This document shows positions 11,248-21,136 of a stretch of 64,000 nt of DNA, piece by piece. A model generated the notes under the pieces. The model was not told the DNA's origin, did no database searches, and saw only the letters and a list, made by a program, of their open reading frames with translations. The position numbers were made by a program, and so were the translations under genes. Each line of letters begins with the position of its first letter. Position 1 is the stretch's first letter. Source of the DNA: Rhodothermales bacterium (GTDB lineage: Bacteria; Bacteroidota; Rhodothermia; Rhodothermales; VXPQ01); NCBI GenBank assembly GCA_040904565.1, contig JBBDTI010000061.1, forward strand, positions 42,477 to 106,476, read 5' to 3'.

Positions 11248-11383
11248 GGGCGCATTCGAACCTCACCTAAGCTGTCGGTCGCTGTGGCGCGGCTGCCGGC
11301 GGCGATGGTGGCGACGCCGTATCTGCTCGCTGTACATGGCTGTCAGGGTGTCCCGACTCACACTACCTTCGGGGCACGCAAGC

Positions 11384-13243
11384 TCAGTGGCTGTGCCGCG
11401 GCAGTCCTTTCGTTTCGGCGATGCGCTGGTACTTGACGGCGGGCTTCAGCACCATCCCTTCCGACAGCTCGTCGACCATCCCGCGCTGGATCTCCTGCCA
11501 GGGAGTCTGGTGCTCCGGGATGGGGTAGCCCCCTTCGCGTTCGAGCTGGGCGCGCCGCTTCTCGTATTCCTCCTCATCGATCAGCACGTCGGCGCTGCGC
11601 CTATTCAGGTCGATCCGAACGCGATCCCCCGTTTTCAGGATCGCCAGCCCACCACCGGTGGCCGCCTCCGGCGACGCGTTCAGGATGGATGGCGAGCCGG
11701 ACGTGCCCGACTGGCGCCCGTCGCCCATGCAGGGCAGCTCCCGCACGCCGCGTTTGATGAGTTTCCCGGGCGGCTGCATGTTCACCACTTCGGCCGATCC
11801 GGGATACCCCACCGGCCCGGTGCCTCGAATAATGAGGATGCACGTCTCGTCGATATCCAGCGACGGATCGTCGATACGCTCGTGGTACTCTTCCGGGCCA
11901 TCGAACACGATCGCCCGCCCCTCGAACGCATTCGGATCGTCCGGATTCGACAGATATTGAGCGCGGAATGCGTCCGAGATCACGCTCGTCTTCATGATGG
12001 CACTATCGAACAGATTTCCCGACATATTGAGAAAGCCGGCGTTCTTCACGAGCGGTCGATCGTACGAACGAATCACGTCCTCGTCCAGAATCGGCCTCTC
12101 CGCACAGTTCTCCCCGATCGTACGGCCGTTCACCGTGAGCGCGTCCTCGCGAATCCGTCCCTTGCGCATCAGCTCGTGTATCACGGCGGGTACGCCTCCG
12201 GCCCGGAAGAATTCCTCTCCCAGATATTCACCGGCCGGCTGCAGATTCACCAGCAGCGGTACGTCGTAACCTACCTGCTCCCAGTCGACGATATTCAGCT
12301 CGACGCCCACGTGCCGCGCGATGGCATTGACGTGAATCGGCGCATTGCTGGAACCGCCGATCGCCGAGTTGACCGCGATGGCATTTTCGAAGGCTTCACG
12401 CGTCAGGATCTGCGACGGGCGAAGGTCCCCCCAGACCATGTCGACGATCCGCCGTCCCGTCTCATAGGCGATCTGTCCGCGTTCCTTCAAGGGCGCGGGA
12501 ATCGCCGCGCATCCGGGAAGCGACATCCCCAGTGCTTCGGCCATCGAGTTCATCGTCGTGGCCGTTCCCATCGTGTTGCAGTGACCGACCGACGGCGCGG
12601 AGGATGCGACGAGTTCGAGAAATTCCTGCTGGTCGATGTCGCCGGCCGCAAGCATCCTCCGCGCCTCCCACATGACCGTACCCGAGCCGGCGCGCTCTCC
12701 GCGAAACCAGCCGTTCAGCATGGGGCCGCCCGAGAGCACGATCGCCGGGAGATCTACCGTCGCGGCCGCCATCAGCTGCGACGGCGTCGTCTTGTCGCAC
12801 CCGGTCGTAAGCACGATCCCGTCGATAAAATAGCCGTGGAGGATCTCGACGAGCCCGAGATACGCCAGGTTGCGGTCGACGGCCGCGGTCGGACGCTTCC
12901 CCGTCTCCTGAATCGGATGCACGGGGAATTCGAACGCGACACCGCCCGCCTCGCGAATGCCCTCACGTACGCGCTTGGCAAGGTCGAGGTGGTGACGGTT
13001 GCACGGAGACAGGTCGGACCCCGACTGCGCGATGCCGATGATGGGCTTGCCCGATTGCAGCTCTTCGAGCGTGAGCCCGTAATTCATGTACCGCTCGAGG
13101 TACAGCGCCGTCATATCCGGGTTATCGGGATCGTCGAACCACGCGCGCGACCGGAGCGTGGACGGATCCTTTCGGCGTGCCGTGGTCTTCTTGCCGCTTC
13201 CCACGGCTCTCGTTTCGGCGTCGTTCGTGTTCGTATTACTCAT
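11384..13243 (-). CDS. IlvD/Edd family dehydratase (probable sugar-acid, e.g. xylonate/arabinonate, dehydratase)
   Basis: [40 protein letters not shown] motifs. Confidence 0.93.
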   Translation of the reverse strand: MSNTNTNDAETRAVGSGKKTTARRKDPSTLRSRAWFDDPDNPDMTALYLERYMNYGLTLEELQSGKPIIGIAQSGSDLSPCNRHHLDLAKRVREGIREAGGVAFEFPVHPIQETGKRPTAAVDRNLAYLGLVEILHGYFIDGIVLTTGCDKTTPSQLMAAATVDLPAIVLSGGPMLNGWFRGERAGSGTVMWEARRMLAAGDIDQQEFLELVASSAPSVGHCNTMGTATTMNSMAEALGMSLPGCAAIPAPLKERGQIAYETGRRIVDMVWGDLRPSQILTREAFENAIAVNSAIGGSSNAPIHVNAIARHVGVELNIVDWEQVGYDVPLLVNLQPAGEYLGEEFFRAGGVPAVIHELMRKGRIREDALTVNGRTIGENCAERPILDEDVIRSYDRPLVKNAGFLNMSGNLFDSAIMKTSVISDAFRAQYLSNPDDPNAFEGRAIVFDGPEEYHERIDDPSLDIDETCILIIRGTGPVGYPGSAEVVNMQPPGKLIKRGVRELPCMGDGRQSGTSGSPSILNASPEAATGGGLAILKTGDRVRIDLNRRSADVLIDEEEYEKRRAQLEREGGYPIPEHQTPWQEIQRGMVDELSEGMVLKPAVKYQRIAETKGLPRHSH

Positions 13244-13404
13244 GCTGACAGGCGTCGATCGTTGCGTCTTTTCGCGAAAACTGATGATGTATCGGAGTCC
13301 GTATACTCTTTCCGACACTCAGTGTGCCTGGATCGCAGACGCGCAGGCAAATTATTAACGCAGGTCGTGATTCGTTTCTTCGATTCACGGAACGGTAACG
13401 ACCG

Positions 13405-13944
13405 CTATCCAGTGCCTCCCGATTGCACGACCGTGTAGTCGAGCAGCACGATCCCACAGTCGTACGATTTCGTCGACTGTAAATCTAGCTTCATCTGATC
13501 GATATTCTCACGAAAGATCGGTATCCCTGGCCCAAAAACGACAGGATTCAGCTTGACGGTGACTCGATCGATCAAACCGGAATTGGCGAGAAGTGAGGCC
13601 ACCTCAGATCCGCCGCAAAGCCATATGGGGGCAGCTGCCCGGAACTTACACGCGCGCACAAATTCCACAACGTCGTCTCGAACCAGTTCTACGGCAGCGT
13701 CGGGACTCCCCTCCATCGTCCTCGAGAAGACAACCTGGCGCATGGACGGATAGGGGCTCGTCTTTCCCTCGCGAAGGCCGACCTCGTAGGTTTTTCGTCC
13801 CATCAGAACGGTCCCGAACTCCTTCAGATCGGAGAAGAAATCCGACACGACCTCATCATCCCATTCGAATCCATCGAACGAACCGTCTTCGTGCGCGATG
13901 AACCCGTCGAGAGTCGAGGCGACGTAGTAGACGAGCTCGGCCAA
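13405..13944 (-). CDS. dihydrofolate reductase/RibD C-terminal family protein
   Basis: YVASTLDGFIA, MGRKTYE, IWLCGG, NPVVFGPGIPIF. Confidence 0.88.
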   Translation of the reverse strand: MAELVYYVASTLDGFIAHEDGSFDGFEWDDEVVSDFFSDLKEFGTVLMGRKTYEVGLREGKTSPYPSMRQVVFSRTMEGSPDAAVELVRDDVVEFVRACKFRAAAPIWLCGGSEVASLLANSGLIDRVTVKLNPVVFGPGIPIFRENIDQMKLDLQSTKSYDCGIVLLDYTVVQSGGTG

Positions 13945-14259
13945 TGGTCTTGGAGGTTACGATATCTGATTATGTGCCTGTACGGCGTAACGAACAGCCG
14001 TTCGGCAGAATGCGGCTAGGCGGAGTAAACGGCAATGTAAACTGACGTTGTGCCCGAGGCAACCAACGTGACCTGACAACCGGTGCAGCGGCCGGCCTTG
14101 CATCCTCAATCGATGCCGCCATTTTGATTCAACCGTGCGATCAAGTCCGTAGCATCCTCACGGCAAAGTGCATGGCCGTTTTTTCTAGATAGAGGCAGAA
14201 TGTAGGACAACTTGGCCGGCGTCAAGGCCTCGGTGATTCCAAGAACCGCGGAGATGCAG

Positions 14260-14400
14260 GTCCGCGGGCCATCAGCAATAATGTGAACCATCATTACAGC
14301 CAGAACATTCCGCTTCCACATGTAGAGAGCCGTGAGAAAGGTGTCAAGCGGAACACCCACCTCGACTACGTGGCTCAGGTTGCCGCCCGGCAGAAACGCG
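14260..14400 (-). pseudogene. CPBP (CAAX-type) intramembrane protease, C-terminal remnant
   Basis: FLTALYMWKRNVLAVMMVHIIAD resembles CPBP motif 4; rest of the gene is missing; bounds approximate. Confidence 0.45.
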
Positions 14401-14426
14401 CTTATCGGTTCGTCTCAACAACCACC

Positions 14427-14849
14427 CTATCGCGGTATCGACGCCGCGCCGAGCTGTTGCATCAGATCAAGAAGGTCAAAAACTACGCGGCGCTCCACGA
14501 TTTGACGCTCTGCGATGCGTTCGATCGTCATCACCGTTACCGAAAACTGCCTGCCGATCGGTGGAATTTCCAGAAAGTCGCCTTCGCTATGGACGCCCCC
14601 CAGGCTGACATAGGTCGCGACCACGTCGCGCTCAGCGATCAGGTGTTCGATCCCGAAATGCAGATCGCTAAAAGCGGCCTTCCAACCCTGGATGATGTCC
14701 AGAAACGCCTCACGGTTCACCGGTTCATCGTCGCCGGGCAGATAGATTACGATTTCAGGAGCCAGGAGCGCTTTGAGGGTGTCCCGGTCGTTCGCTTCAA
14801 AGGCTTCGAAGAACCGGCGGACAATGGCTTTATTTTTATCGGTCGACAT
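14427..14849 (-). CDS. ester cyclase/SnoaL-like protein (copy 1)
   Basis: MSTDKNKAIVRRFFEAF, AFSDLHF, GVHSEGDFLEIPPIGR, DLLDLMQQLG; GGAG-like RBS region upstream. Confidence 0.88.
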   Translation of the reverse strand: MSTDKNKAIVRRFFEAFEANDRDTLKALLAPEIVIYLPGDDEPVNREAFLDIIQGWKAAFSDLHFGIEHLIAERDVVATYVSLGGVHSEGDFLEIPPIGRQFSVTVMTIERIAERQIVERRVVFDLLDLMQQLGAASIPR

Positions 14850-14922
14850 GGAGATTACTCCATATGAATCAAGAATTGCGGGACACCCTCGTGAGCGAAT
14901 AGATCCGTATTGAATCTCTGCG

Positions 14923-15367
14923 TCAGACGGATTCCCTGTAGTCCTTGACGAGCCGTTTGATCTTCTTAAGGCGCAGATTGTACTTCCCGTCGGCCGGAAA
15001 CTCATCGACGGGATGATTGCAGTACGTTGCCCCGTCCAGGCCAAGCCGGTCCGTAATCTTCGCGCGCCACCAGGCCTCGAGACTCCAGGCCGTTCGCTCG
15101 CCGCGTCGCATATCCGTCCAGCAGATCGGTGTCCAGCTCCATGCCTAAGGGCACGCCTCGCCCATCGTGCTTGAAGTCCTTGCACTTGATGCGCGTCTTT
15201 GTGCGGCCGTTGAAATGGCGGGCGAACGCCTTGCCTTTTCGCCCCTGCACGTCGAACCATTCCTGCACGATGTCATAGTTCTTGCGAATGAGCACGTAGG
15301 CTTTATCAATCGCGTCGTGGTAATCCGAGCAGTTGTCGAATAGTACGTAGAAGTCGGTCCGGATCAT
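14923..15367 (-). pseudogene. hypothetical protein, frameshifted near 15110
   Basis: AGGAGG RBS before ATG at 15367; protein-like sequence continues in another frame (WSLEAWWRAKITDRLG...) to a stop at 14923. Confidence 0.55.
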
Positions 15368-15469
15368 CGGGGACTCCTCCTGTTTTGTGGACGGATTTTT
15401 TACATGAGCAGCTACGAAGCCCGTATCAGGGTCGTAGCACTGGGACGCTTGATCGGCGCACGATCGCTA

Positions 15470-15690
15470 TCTGAACACTTAGCTTCAATTCACGTCCCGT
15501 ACATCGAAACACGCGAGTAGTACTCCGTTACTCCATACCGACCCTTCCTGCCCGCCGGCCGCGCGTGTGCCCTGAGCCGAACGTATGCCCCCTATAAAAT
15601 ACGTGCTTTCTTCCTGGATATATGCGGGACCTCCGCTGTCACATGGACCACTGACTCCTTCCAGACGAGTGGCGCTATCGGATCCGTCGT
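15470..15690 (-). pseudogene. trypsin-like serine protease, C-terminal remnant
   Basis: My translation: SATRLEGVSGPCDSGGPAYIQEESTYFIGGI (DSGGP catalytic Ser motif), then frameshifted YGVTEYYSRVS; bounds approximate. Confidence 0.6.
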
Positions 15691-15724
15691 GGCGCCCGGT
15701 GATCGCACGAATACGTATAGACTT

Positions 15725-16060
15725 TCATTCCGTCACCTCCAGCACCTTTATATTGGCTTTCTCGGCGGCTACCTTCAATCGCCCGTCCAGTGTAATAAGC
15801 GCGGCACGGTGCCGCTGAGCATAGTCGAGCATCTACGCATCGGACGCAAAGATCCCAAAAGCGTCAGCGAGTCCGAGCGAAGCATCCATATCGATTTCCA
15901 CGAATTGCACCGGTATACGACGGTACTGCGCAATGGCACGCTGAGCCTCCTTCGATAAGAGCCGACCGCGCTTGAACGTGGCGGAGAACACGTTTCCAAT
16001 TTCGATCGACAGCGACATTGGCGCGATTAACTCCGCGTCACCCGTCCGCGTAACGAATAT
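15725..16060 (-). pseudogene. PIN-domain (VapC-like) toxin with internal stop, followed by the first codons of a Phd/YefM-like antitoxin
   Basis: EIGNVFSATFKRGRL...GIFASDA*MLDYAQRHRAALITLDGRLKVAAEKANIKVLEVTE; in-frame TAG at 15833; stop overlaps an ATG giving MKVYTYS, then truncated. Confidence 0.7.
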
Positions 16061-16187
16061 TCCTGCCGGACGGAGTGTTCGCCGGTGAACGGCGCATGTC
16101 CGGTCACGGACTTACTGAATGAATCGCGTTTCCGACCGGACAGCGCGTCCTCTACCTTATAAAAAAACGTCGTTCACGAAGAGCACC

Positions 16188-17192
16188 ATGAGACCATTCC
16201 TCCCGATTGCAGTCGTCTCGCTTCTCTTTCTCTTCGTCGCGTGCCGTTCCGACGCCCCTCTCTCGGCCCATGAGGACGGCTATCTCGTCGGTGCCGACAG
16301 CGCCAAATTGTTCTATCGCGTTGCGGGCACCGGTGAGGACACGCTTGTGATTGTGCACGGAGGGCCGGGGGCGGGAATGAATACGGTGTTTCCGTCCATC
16401 ATACCGTTGGCAGACCGGTATGTATTGATCTTTTTTGACCAGCGGGGCGGCGGCCGCTCGACGTTGCCTGCCGACACCTCGAAGCTCCGCCCAGAATACT
16501 TCGTCGCGGATCTCGATTCGGTGCGCCGCCATTTCGGCCTCGATCGAATGAATGTGATTACGCATTCGTTCGGATCGGTCTTGCTCGCGCGCTACGCTCT
16601 GACTCATCCGGATCGGCTTGGACGCGTCGTATTGCACGGAGCCACCGGGCCGCGCCGTGCGGAAGCGGGAAGAATCATCAGGGCAAGAGCAGCGGCGGCT
16701 CCGCCTTCCCCGGATACGACGCTATCGAACCGAGCCGCCGAACTGCTGCGGGATCTTCTGAACGGAACGGCATCAAATGCGGTCCAAACATGCCGTGAGT
16801 ACGAGGAGATTACCAGGATGCTTGCGATCGCTCGGGGTGAACGAGTTACCCATACCGGAAGTGAATGCGACGCTCCTCCGGACGCCGTCGCCTACTATTA
16901 TCGCCATACGGCGCAGCTTGCACCGAAGTACTTCGGTGATTGGAATTTCACGGCCGGGCTTGAAGATTTTACAGCTCCACTTCTGGTGGTGTATGGAGAA
17001 ATGGATTCGCTCGCCATTTCAGAGCAGCGGGATTGGGCATCAGCCGTGGCGAAGGGCCGTCTTCTTCTGGTACCTGTTGCCGGAAAGCCGGCGTTTTCGG
17101 ACAATCCGGATTTCGTTTTTCCTGCAATCGATACCTTCTTCCGTGGAGCATGGCCCGCGGCCGCTCAGAAGGTCGACGGTTCGCAGCCGTAA
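16188..17192 (+). CDS. alpha/beta hydrolase lipoprotein
   Basis: Lipobox FVAC; HGGPG, FDQRGGGRS, HSFGS nucleophile. Confidence 0.85.
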   Translation: MRPFLPIAVVSLLFLFVACRSDAPLSAHEDGYLVGADSAKLFYRVAGTGEDTLVIVHGGPGAGMNTVFPSIIPLADRYVLIFFDQRGGGRSTLPADTSKLRPEYFVADLDSVRRHFGLDRMNVITHSFGSVLLARYALTHPDRLGRVVLHGATGPRRAEAGRIIRARAAAAPPSPDTTLSNRAAELLRDLLNGTASNAVQTCREYEEITRMLAIARGERVTHTGSECDAPPDAVAYYYRHTAQLAPKYFGDWNFTAGLEDFTAPLLVVYGEMDSLAISEQRDWASAVAKGRLLLVPVAGKPAFSDNPDFVFPAIDTFFRGAWPAAAQKVDGSQP

Positions 17193-17236
17193 GCTCTCCT
17201 GTTAGGCGATTATTAATGTGTCATCTACTTTCGGAA

Positions 17237-18766
17237 ATGCAGAAACTCATTTTTGTAGTCTTTCTTGTGCTGATGCCGGCGATCGACGCCGACGCCCAGC
17301 TTTCCGACGCCATCCGCATCGAGACGGGGCTGATCTCCGGCTACGGTGCGGCAGACGCCGAACTTCGCGTGTTCAGGGGGATCCCGTACGCGGCGCCTCC
17401 GGTGGGCGCATTGCGCTGGCACGCGCCGCATCCGGCGGACGCCTGGAGCGGCGTGCGACCCGCCGATGCGTTCGGTCCCACGTGCATGCAGGACCCTCCA
17501 CCTCCCGGCAGCTTCTATCAGGTCGAGTTCTTCGAAGATCTCGAGCCGATGAGTGAGGATTGCCTGTACCTCAACCTATGGACGGCAGCCTCTTCAGCGG
17601 ACGAACGGCGGCCGGTCATGATGTGGATTCATGGGGGCGCATTCCGGCAGGGCTCCGGGTCGATGCCGAGCTTCGACGGCACCACCCTCGCCGAAAAAGG
17701 CGTCGTGCTAGTCACCATCAACTATCGGCTGGGCGTGTTCGGACTCATGGCCCATCCGGACCTGACCGAGGAAACGCTGCACAGCGCATCGGGCAACTAT
17801 GGTCTGCTCGACCAGATCGCCGCGCTGCAGTGGATCCGGCGCAACATCTCGGCATTCGGGGGCGACCCTTCGAACGTGACCGTCTTCGGCCAGTCGTCCG
17901 GCGCGGCGAGCGTGAATCAGCTCATGGCCTCGCCCCTCGCGGATGGGCTGTTCCACAAGGCCGTATTGCAGAGCGGGTCGGCATTCGCGTTCGATGAGAG
18001 TCCTTCTCTCGAGGCCGCCGAGCAGACAGGTTTCGAATTTGCCGCCTCGCTGGGCGCGTCGTCCATATACGCCTTGCGAGCGCTGCCGGCGGACACGATA
18101 CATGCGCGAGGCCGCGGTATAGGATTCAGTCCGAACGTCGACGGGTACGTTCTGGAGGACCCTGTCCGAATGGTTTTCCGTGAGGGCCGCCAGGCCGCCG
18201 TCCCAGTGCTTGCCGGCTCAACGTCCGACGAAGGGACGCCGATGTTCGGCCCGGGTCTGACGGCGGATGTCTACAGGGAGATGTCCGTCCGAAACTACGG
18301 CGACGACGTAGAAAAATATCTTTCGCTCTATCCGGCCGATTCGGATGAGCAGGCCGGGCGCAGCTTTAGCGACGCGTTCAGCGACCGCCTGGCCTGGGGA
18401 GCGCACACGCTGGCGCGCCTGCACGATCGGGACGACGTGTTTCTCTATCTCTTTTCCCGCATTCCGCCCGGCCGCGATCCAGATCGGTATCGAGCCTATC
18501 ATTCGGCCGAACTGGTGTACGTGTTCGATGCACTGGAGGGTGTGGATCGACCGTGGACGCCCGTCGATCGACAGATTGCCGATCGGATGTCGTCGTACTG
18601 GGCAACCTTCGCGGCCACGGGAAACCCGAACGGCACCGGATCTTCGGAATGGCCTGTCTACGACCCGGCCACGCGAATCGGCATGGAGATCGGCGATGAA
18701 ATTCGACCGGTTGTACTTCTCGATCGCGAAGTGATCGATTTCTACGACGAACGGGCGCAGCGTTAG
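17237..18766 (+). CDS. carboxylesterase type B (pNB esterase-like), secreted
   Basis: FRGIPYAAPPVGALRW, SEDCLYLNLW, WIHGGAF, FGQSSGA, YHSAEL. Confidence 0.93.
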   Translation: MQKLIFVVFLVLMPAIDADAQLSDAIRIETGLISGYGAADAELRVFRGIPYAAPPVGALRWHAPHPADAWSGVRPADAFGPTCMQDPPPPGSFYQVEFFEDLEPMSEDCLYLNLWTAASSADERRPVMMWIHGGAFRQGSGSMPSFDGTTLAEKGVVLVTINYRLGVFGLMAHPDLTEETLHSASGNYGLLDQIAALQWIRRNISAFGGDPSNVTVFGQSSGAASVNQLMASPLADGLFHKAVLQSGSAFAFDESPSLEAAEQTGFEFAASLGASSIYALRALPADTIHARGRGIGFSPNVDGYVLEDPVRMVFREGRQAAVPVLAGSTSDEGTPMFGPGLTADVYREMSVRNYGDDVEKYLSLYPADSDEQAGRSFSDAFSDRLAWGAHTLARLHDRDDVFLYLFSRIPPGRDPDRYRAYHSAELVYVFDALEGVDRPWTPVDRQIADRMSSYWATFAATGNPNGTGSSEWPVYDPATRIGMEIGDEIRPVVLLDREVIDFYDERAQR

Positions 18767-19091
18767 CAATTCGACTCAGCGCGTGCGCGGCGTCTCGTCA
18801 TTCGTATCGGAGACTATCTACAAGATCGGCGGTCGCGGCCCGGAGGGCCTGATATCTCACCATCAGCACGGCGATGACGACCGCGCAGCTTCTTGCACCG
18901 ACGTCTCACCTTGGAAACTTTCCATTACCAGCGCGGCCCGACGCTTCGCCGTCCACCGCAGAACCTGACTGTTCTCTTCCATGTGCCATCTCCAAGACGT
19001 GTTCGTTCATCAAACGCCTTTTTGGTGGTCCTGATTCTGAAGGGAGCAGTATACGACAAACGATCAAACCATAATTCGATTACGTCTCTTA

Positions 19092-19205
19092 TCAAGCAGG
19101 CCAGAACATCAGAATCAGCGGCGTGCCTAAAATCACTATGATTATCTCAAGTGGCAGCCCCATACGCCAGTAATCCCTGAATTTGTACCCTCCCGGACCC
19201 ATACA
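19092..19205 (-). pseudogene. SLC13/di-tricarboxylate permease, C-terminal remnant
   Basis: MGPGGYKFRDYWRMGLPLEIII...PLILMFWP. Confidence 0.7.
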
Positions 19206-19396
19206 AGATAGCCTGGTTACACCGCCCCGTCTCAACGAGCTAGACGTAATGGATCTTCTACGCCAAAACGAGTTGCCTCGGAGAGCTAAGGACGAACACG
19301 ATCGTACTAGCCCGAACCGACGAATTAGGCGGCCGCATCCTGCCACGCGGGCCTCCACAGCAGTCTCATGAATCCGCTTGGTCAGGGCGTCAAAGC

Positions 19397-19951
19397 TTAT
19401 TTCTCCCCTCCAACATGTGCATTCACCTTTTCCGAACGGTGATCGAAGCTCAACACTCGGGCGAGCTTCCATGTGCCGTCCTGCTTCCGCCAGAGGTGGA
19501 CGAACTTGGCGATCGTACTCGTCGACATGCCGCGTTCGTCGAAACGGTGTATCCCGGTTTGGACTGCCCCATAGTCTCGGATGGGATAGACGTGCATGCT
19601 GCCCTCCACCAGCGTGCGCGTGATACCCTTCTCGCCAGGACAGGACTCGGCAAGCCTCCGTGTATTCTCCCGCGTCTCCTCGCTCGACTGAAACCCCGTC
19701 AGGTCGTGGTAGAATTCGACGTCGTCGGCAAAGATTGAATTGGCAAGCTGAGCGTCACAGGAGACAAACGAGGCGTCGAAGAGAATGCTGTCCATCTGGG
19801 CCAGTTCTTCGAACAACGTCCCGGAACTCGAACGATCAGATCCGACTGTATCCAGTGCGGTCTGCGCTCGAAGTTCGGCAGGCGTAAGCACGACAATCAC
19901 GGCGAAAGCGCACCGGAGAAGGCGCACATCATTACAGCTGAAAATACGCAT
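19397..19951 (-). CDS. NTF2-like (DUF4440) secreted protein
   Basis: DSILFDASFVSCD, DDVEFYHDLTG, AKFVHLW, WKLARVLSFDH. Confidence 0.85.
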   Translation of the reverse strand: MRIFSCNDVRLLRCAFAVIVVLTPAELRAQTALDTVGSDRSSSGTLFEELAQMDSILFDASFVSCDAQLANSIFADDVEFYHDLTGFQSSEETRENTRRLAESCPGEKGITRTLVEGSMHVYPIRDYGAVQTGIHRFDERGMSTSTIAKFVHLWRKQDGTWKLARVLSFDHRSEKVNAHVGGEK

Positions 19952-20095
19952 CTATCGGCGTCGTCTCGAAAACTGGGCAGAGCGGAACTTGCGGTTGCTA
20001 GATCTTACTGTAAGTCCTACGGGCAAGTTACAAATCACATAAGTCCGCGCCTCCTCCAAATTGCGAACGGACTCCTGTCATGCAATTGAAGGGCG

Positions 20096-20156
20096 GCGCA
20101 ACGCCCTCGGCATCAGCGGCCGCGCGAAGCGCCGTCCGCCGAGGCCGTTATTAGCC
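20096..20156 (-). mobile_element. integron attC site (short, slightly degenerate)
   Basis: Minus strand GGCTAAT...GCGGACGGCGCTTCGCGCGGCCGCTGATGCCGAG...GTTGCGC; the stop codon of the upstream gene lies in the R'' box. Confidence 0.7.
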
Positions 20157-20564
20157 GGCGTTCTCCCCTTCGGATGTGAATTGCATCGTCCGCCAGACAA
20201 CCTTCCACTCGCCTGCACTTCGTGAAAACACCAGGAGGTCGTGCCCATGCTCACGATGGGTCGCCCCGTCGATCTCGTACATGATACTGAATGGGCTTAC
20301 CGCCACGGCCACGTCACCAACGATGTCAACCTCCGGATCACCCGCCGAGAATTCTAGCGTCGTTGCGGCTTCGTCATAGTCGCGGTAGGACTGCACGTAG
20401 GCACTGCGGCCGCGCACACGAGAACCGAATCCAGATGGGGCGATGGTGGCTCCGTCTGCCAGCAAGGCCCCGATTCGGTCGTACTGCTTCGCTTGCCAGT
20501 GCTCGTTAATCGTGCGCACGGCACTCTGAATGGCCTCGTTTTCGGATTGTGCTTGATGGTCCAT
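20151..20564 (-). CDS. NTF2-like (DUF4440) protein, integron cassette gene (copy 1)
   Basis: SnoaL/NTF2-like sequence (VDIVGDVAVA, GHDLLVF, WKVVWRTM); attC on both sides. Confidence 0.88.
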   Translation of the reverse strand: MDHQAQSENEAIQSAVRTINEHWQAKQYDRIGALLADGATIAPSGFGSRVRGRSAYVQSYRDYDEAATTLEFSAGDPEVDIVGDVAVAVSPFSIMYEIDGATHREHGHDLLVFSRSAGEWKVVWRTMQFTSEGENAG

Positions 20565-20579
20565 GTCCTGGTCCAGTCC

Positions 20580-20667
20580 GGCTAACGGCTCAGGGCTTAA
20601 GCGGCGAGGCGACCAACGTTAATGGGTGCAAAAACGCAAAATCGTCCGCTTGAAGCCCTTGTTAGAC
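20580..20667 (-). mobile_element. integron attC site
   Basis: GTCTAAC...GTTAGCC on minus; arms agggcttaagcggcga / tcgTccgcttGaagccct pair with extrahelical G and T on the bottom strand. Confidence 0.88.
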
Positions 20668-20692
20668 TTCGCGCAAACGTCCCCAAAAGGGG

Positions 20693-21017
20693 TCACACGT
20701 CCAGGCGGTGTTCATAGTTCACGTTGTTCTCGGGATTGGTGTAGTCGACAAATACTGCTGGGGCTGTCCTGTTGAGCCACTCCTCGATATTCGTGTACCC
20801 GTCGCCATCTTTATCCTCTGGGGCATCGGAGGCGTCCTGCGGATCAAGCCCGTACGTTAGCTCCCATTCGTCAGGCATGCCGTCACCGTCGCTGCCCGTC
20901 GGCGCGGGCAGACTCTTGAGTTCCGGCCAACCGCCCACGTCGCTCGGACTGCTGATAATACCATTGTCGCCATAGGTCGCGGTGCCATTGCGGACTTTCT
21001 CAATAATGCGGGCATCT
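20693..21017 (-). pseudogene. pectate lyase-type protein, C-terminal remnant
   Basis: DARIIEKVRNGT...DVGGWPEL...DGDGMPDEWE...DGDGYTNIEEWLN; catalytic N-terminal part absent. Confidence 0.7.
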
Positions 21018-21136
21018 ATTTACTCTTCTGATATAAGCCGCCCCTGCATCATTGTAAAGTGTCCCGAATAAGTACATATATATGGATATATTGGGAATTA
21101 TAAATATAATTATATATTACCTTTTTTATTATCAAA

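Noticed and set aside
11228-13438. Long plus-strand ORFs (736 aa here; also 9871-11436, 38575-40008, 50243-51508, 52302-53432)
   Set aside because: Antisense shadows of well-supported minus-strand genes in GC-rich DNA, with no recognisable motifs
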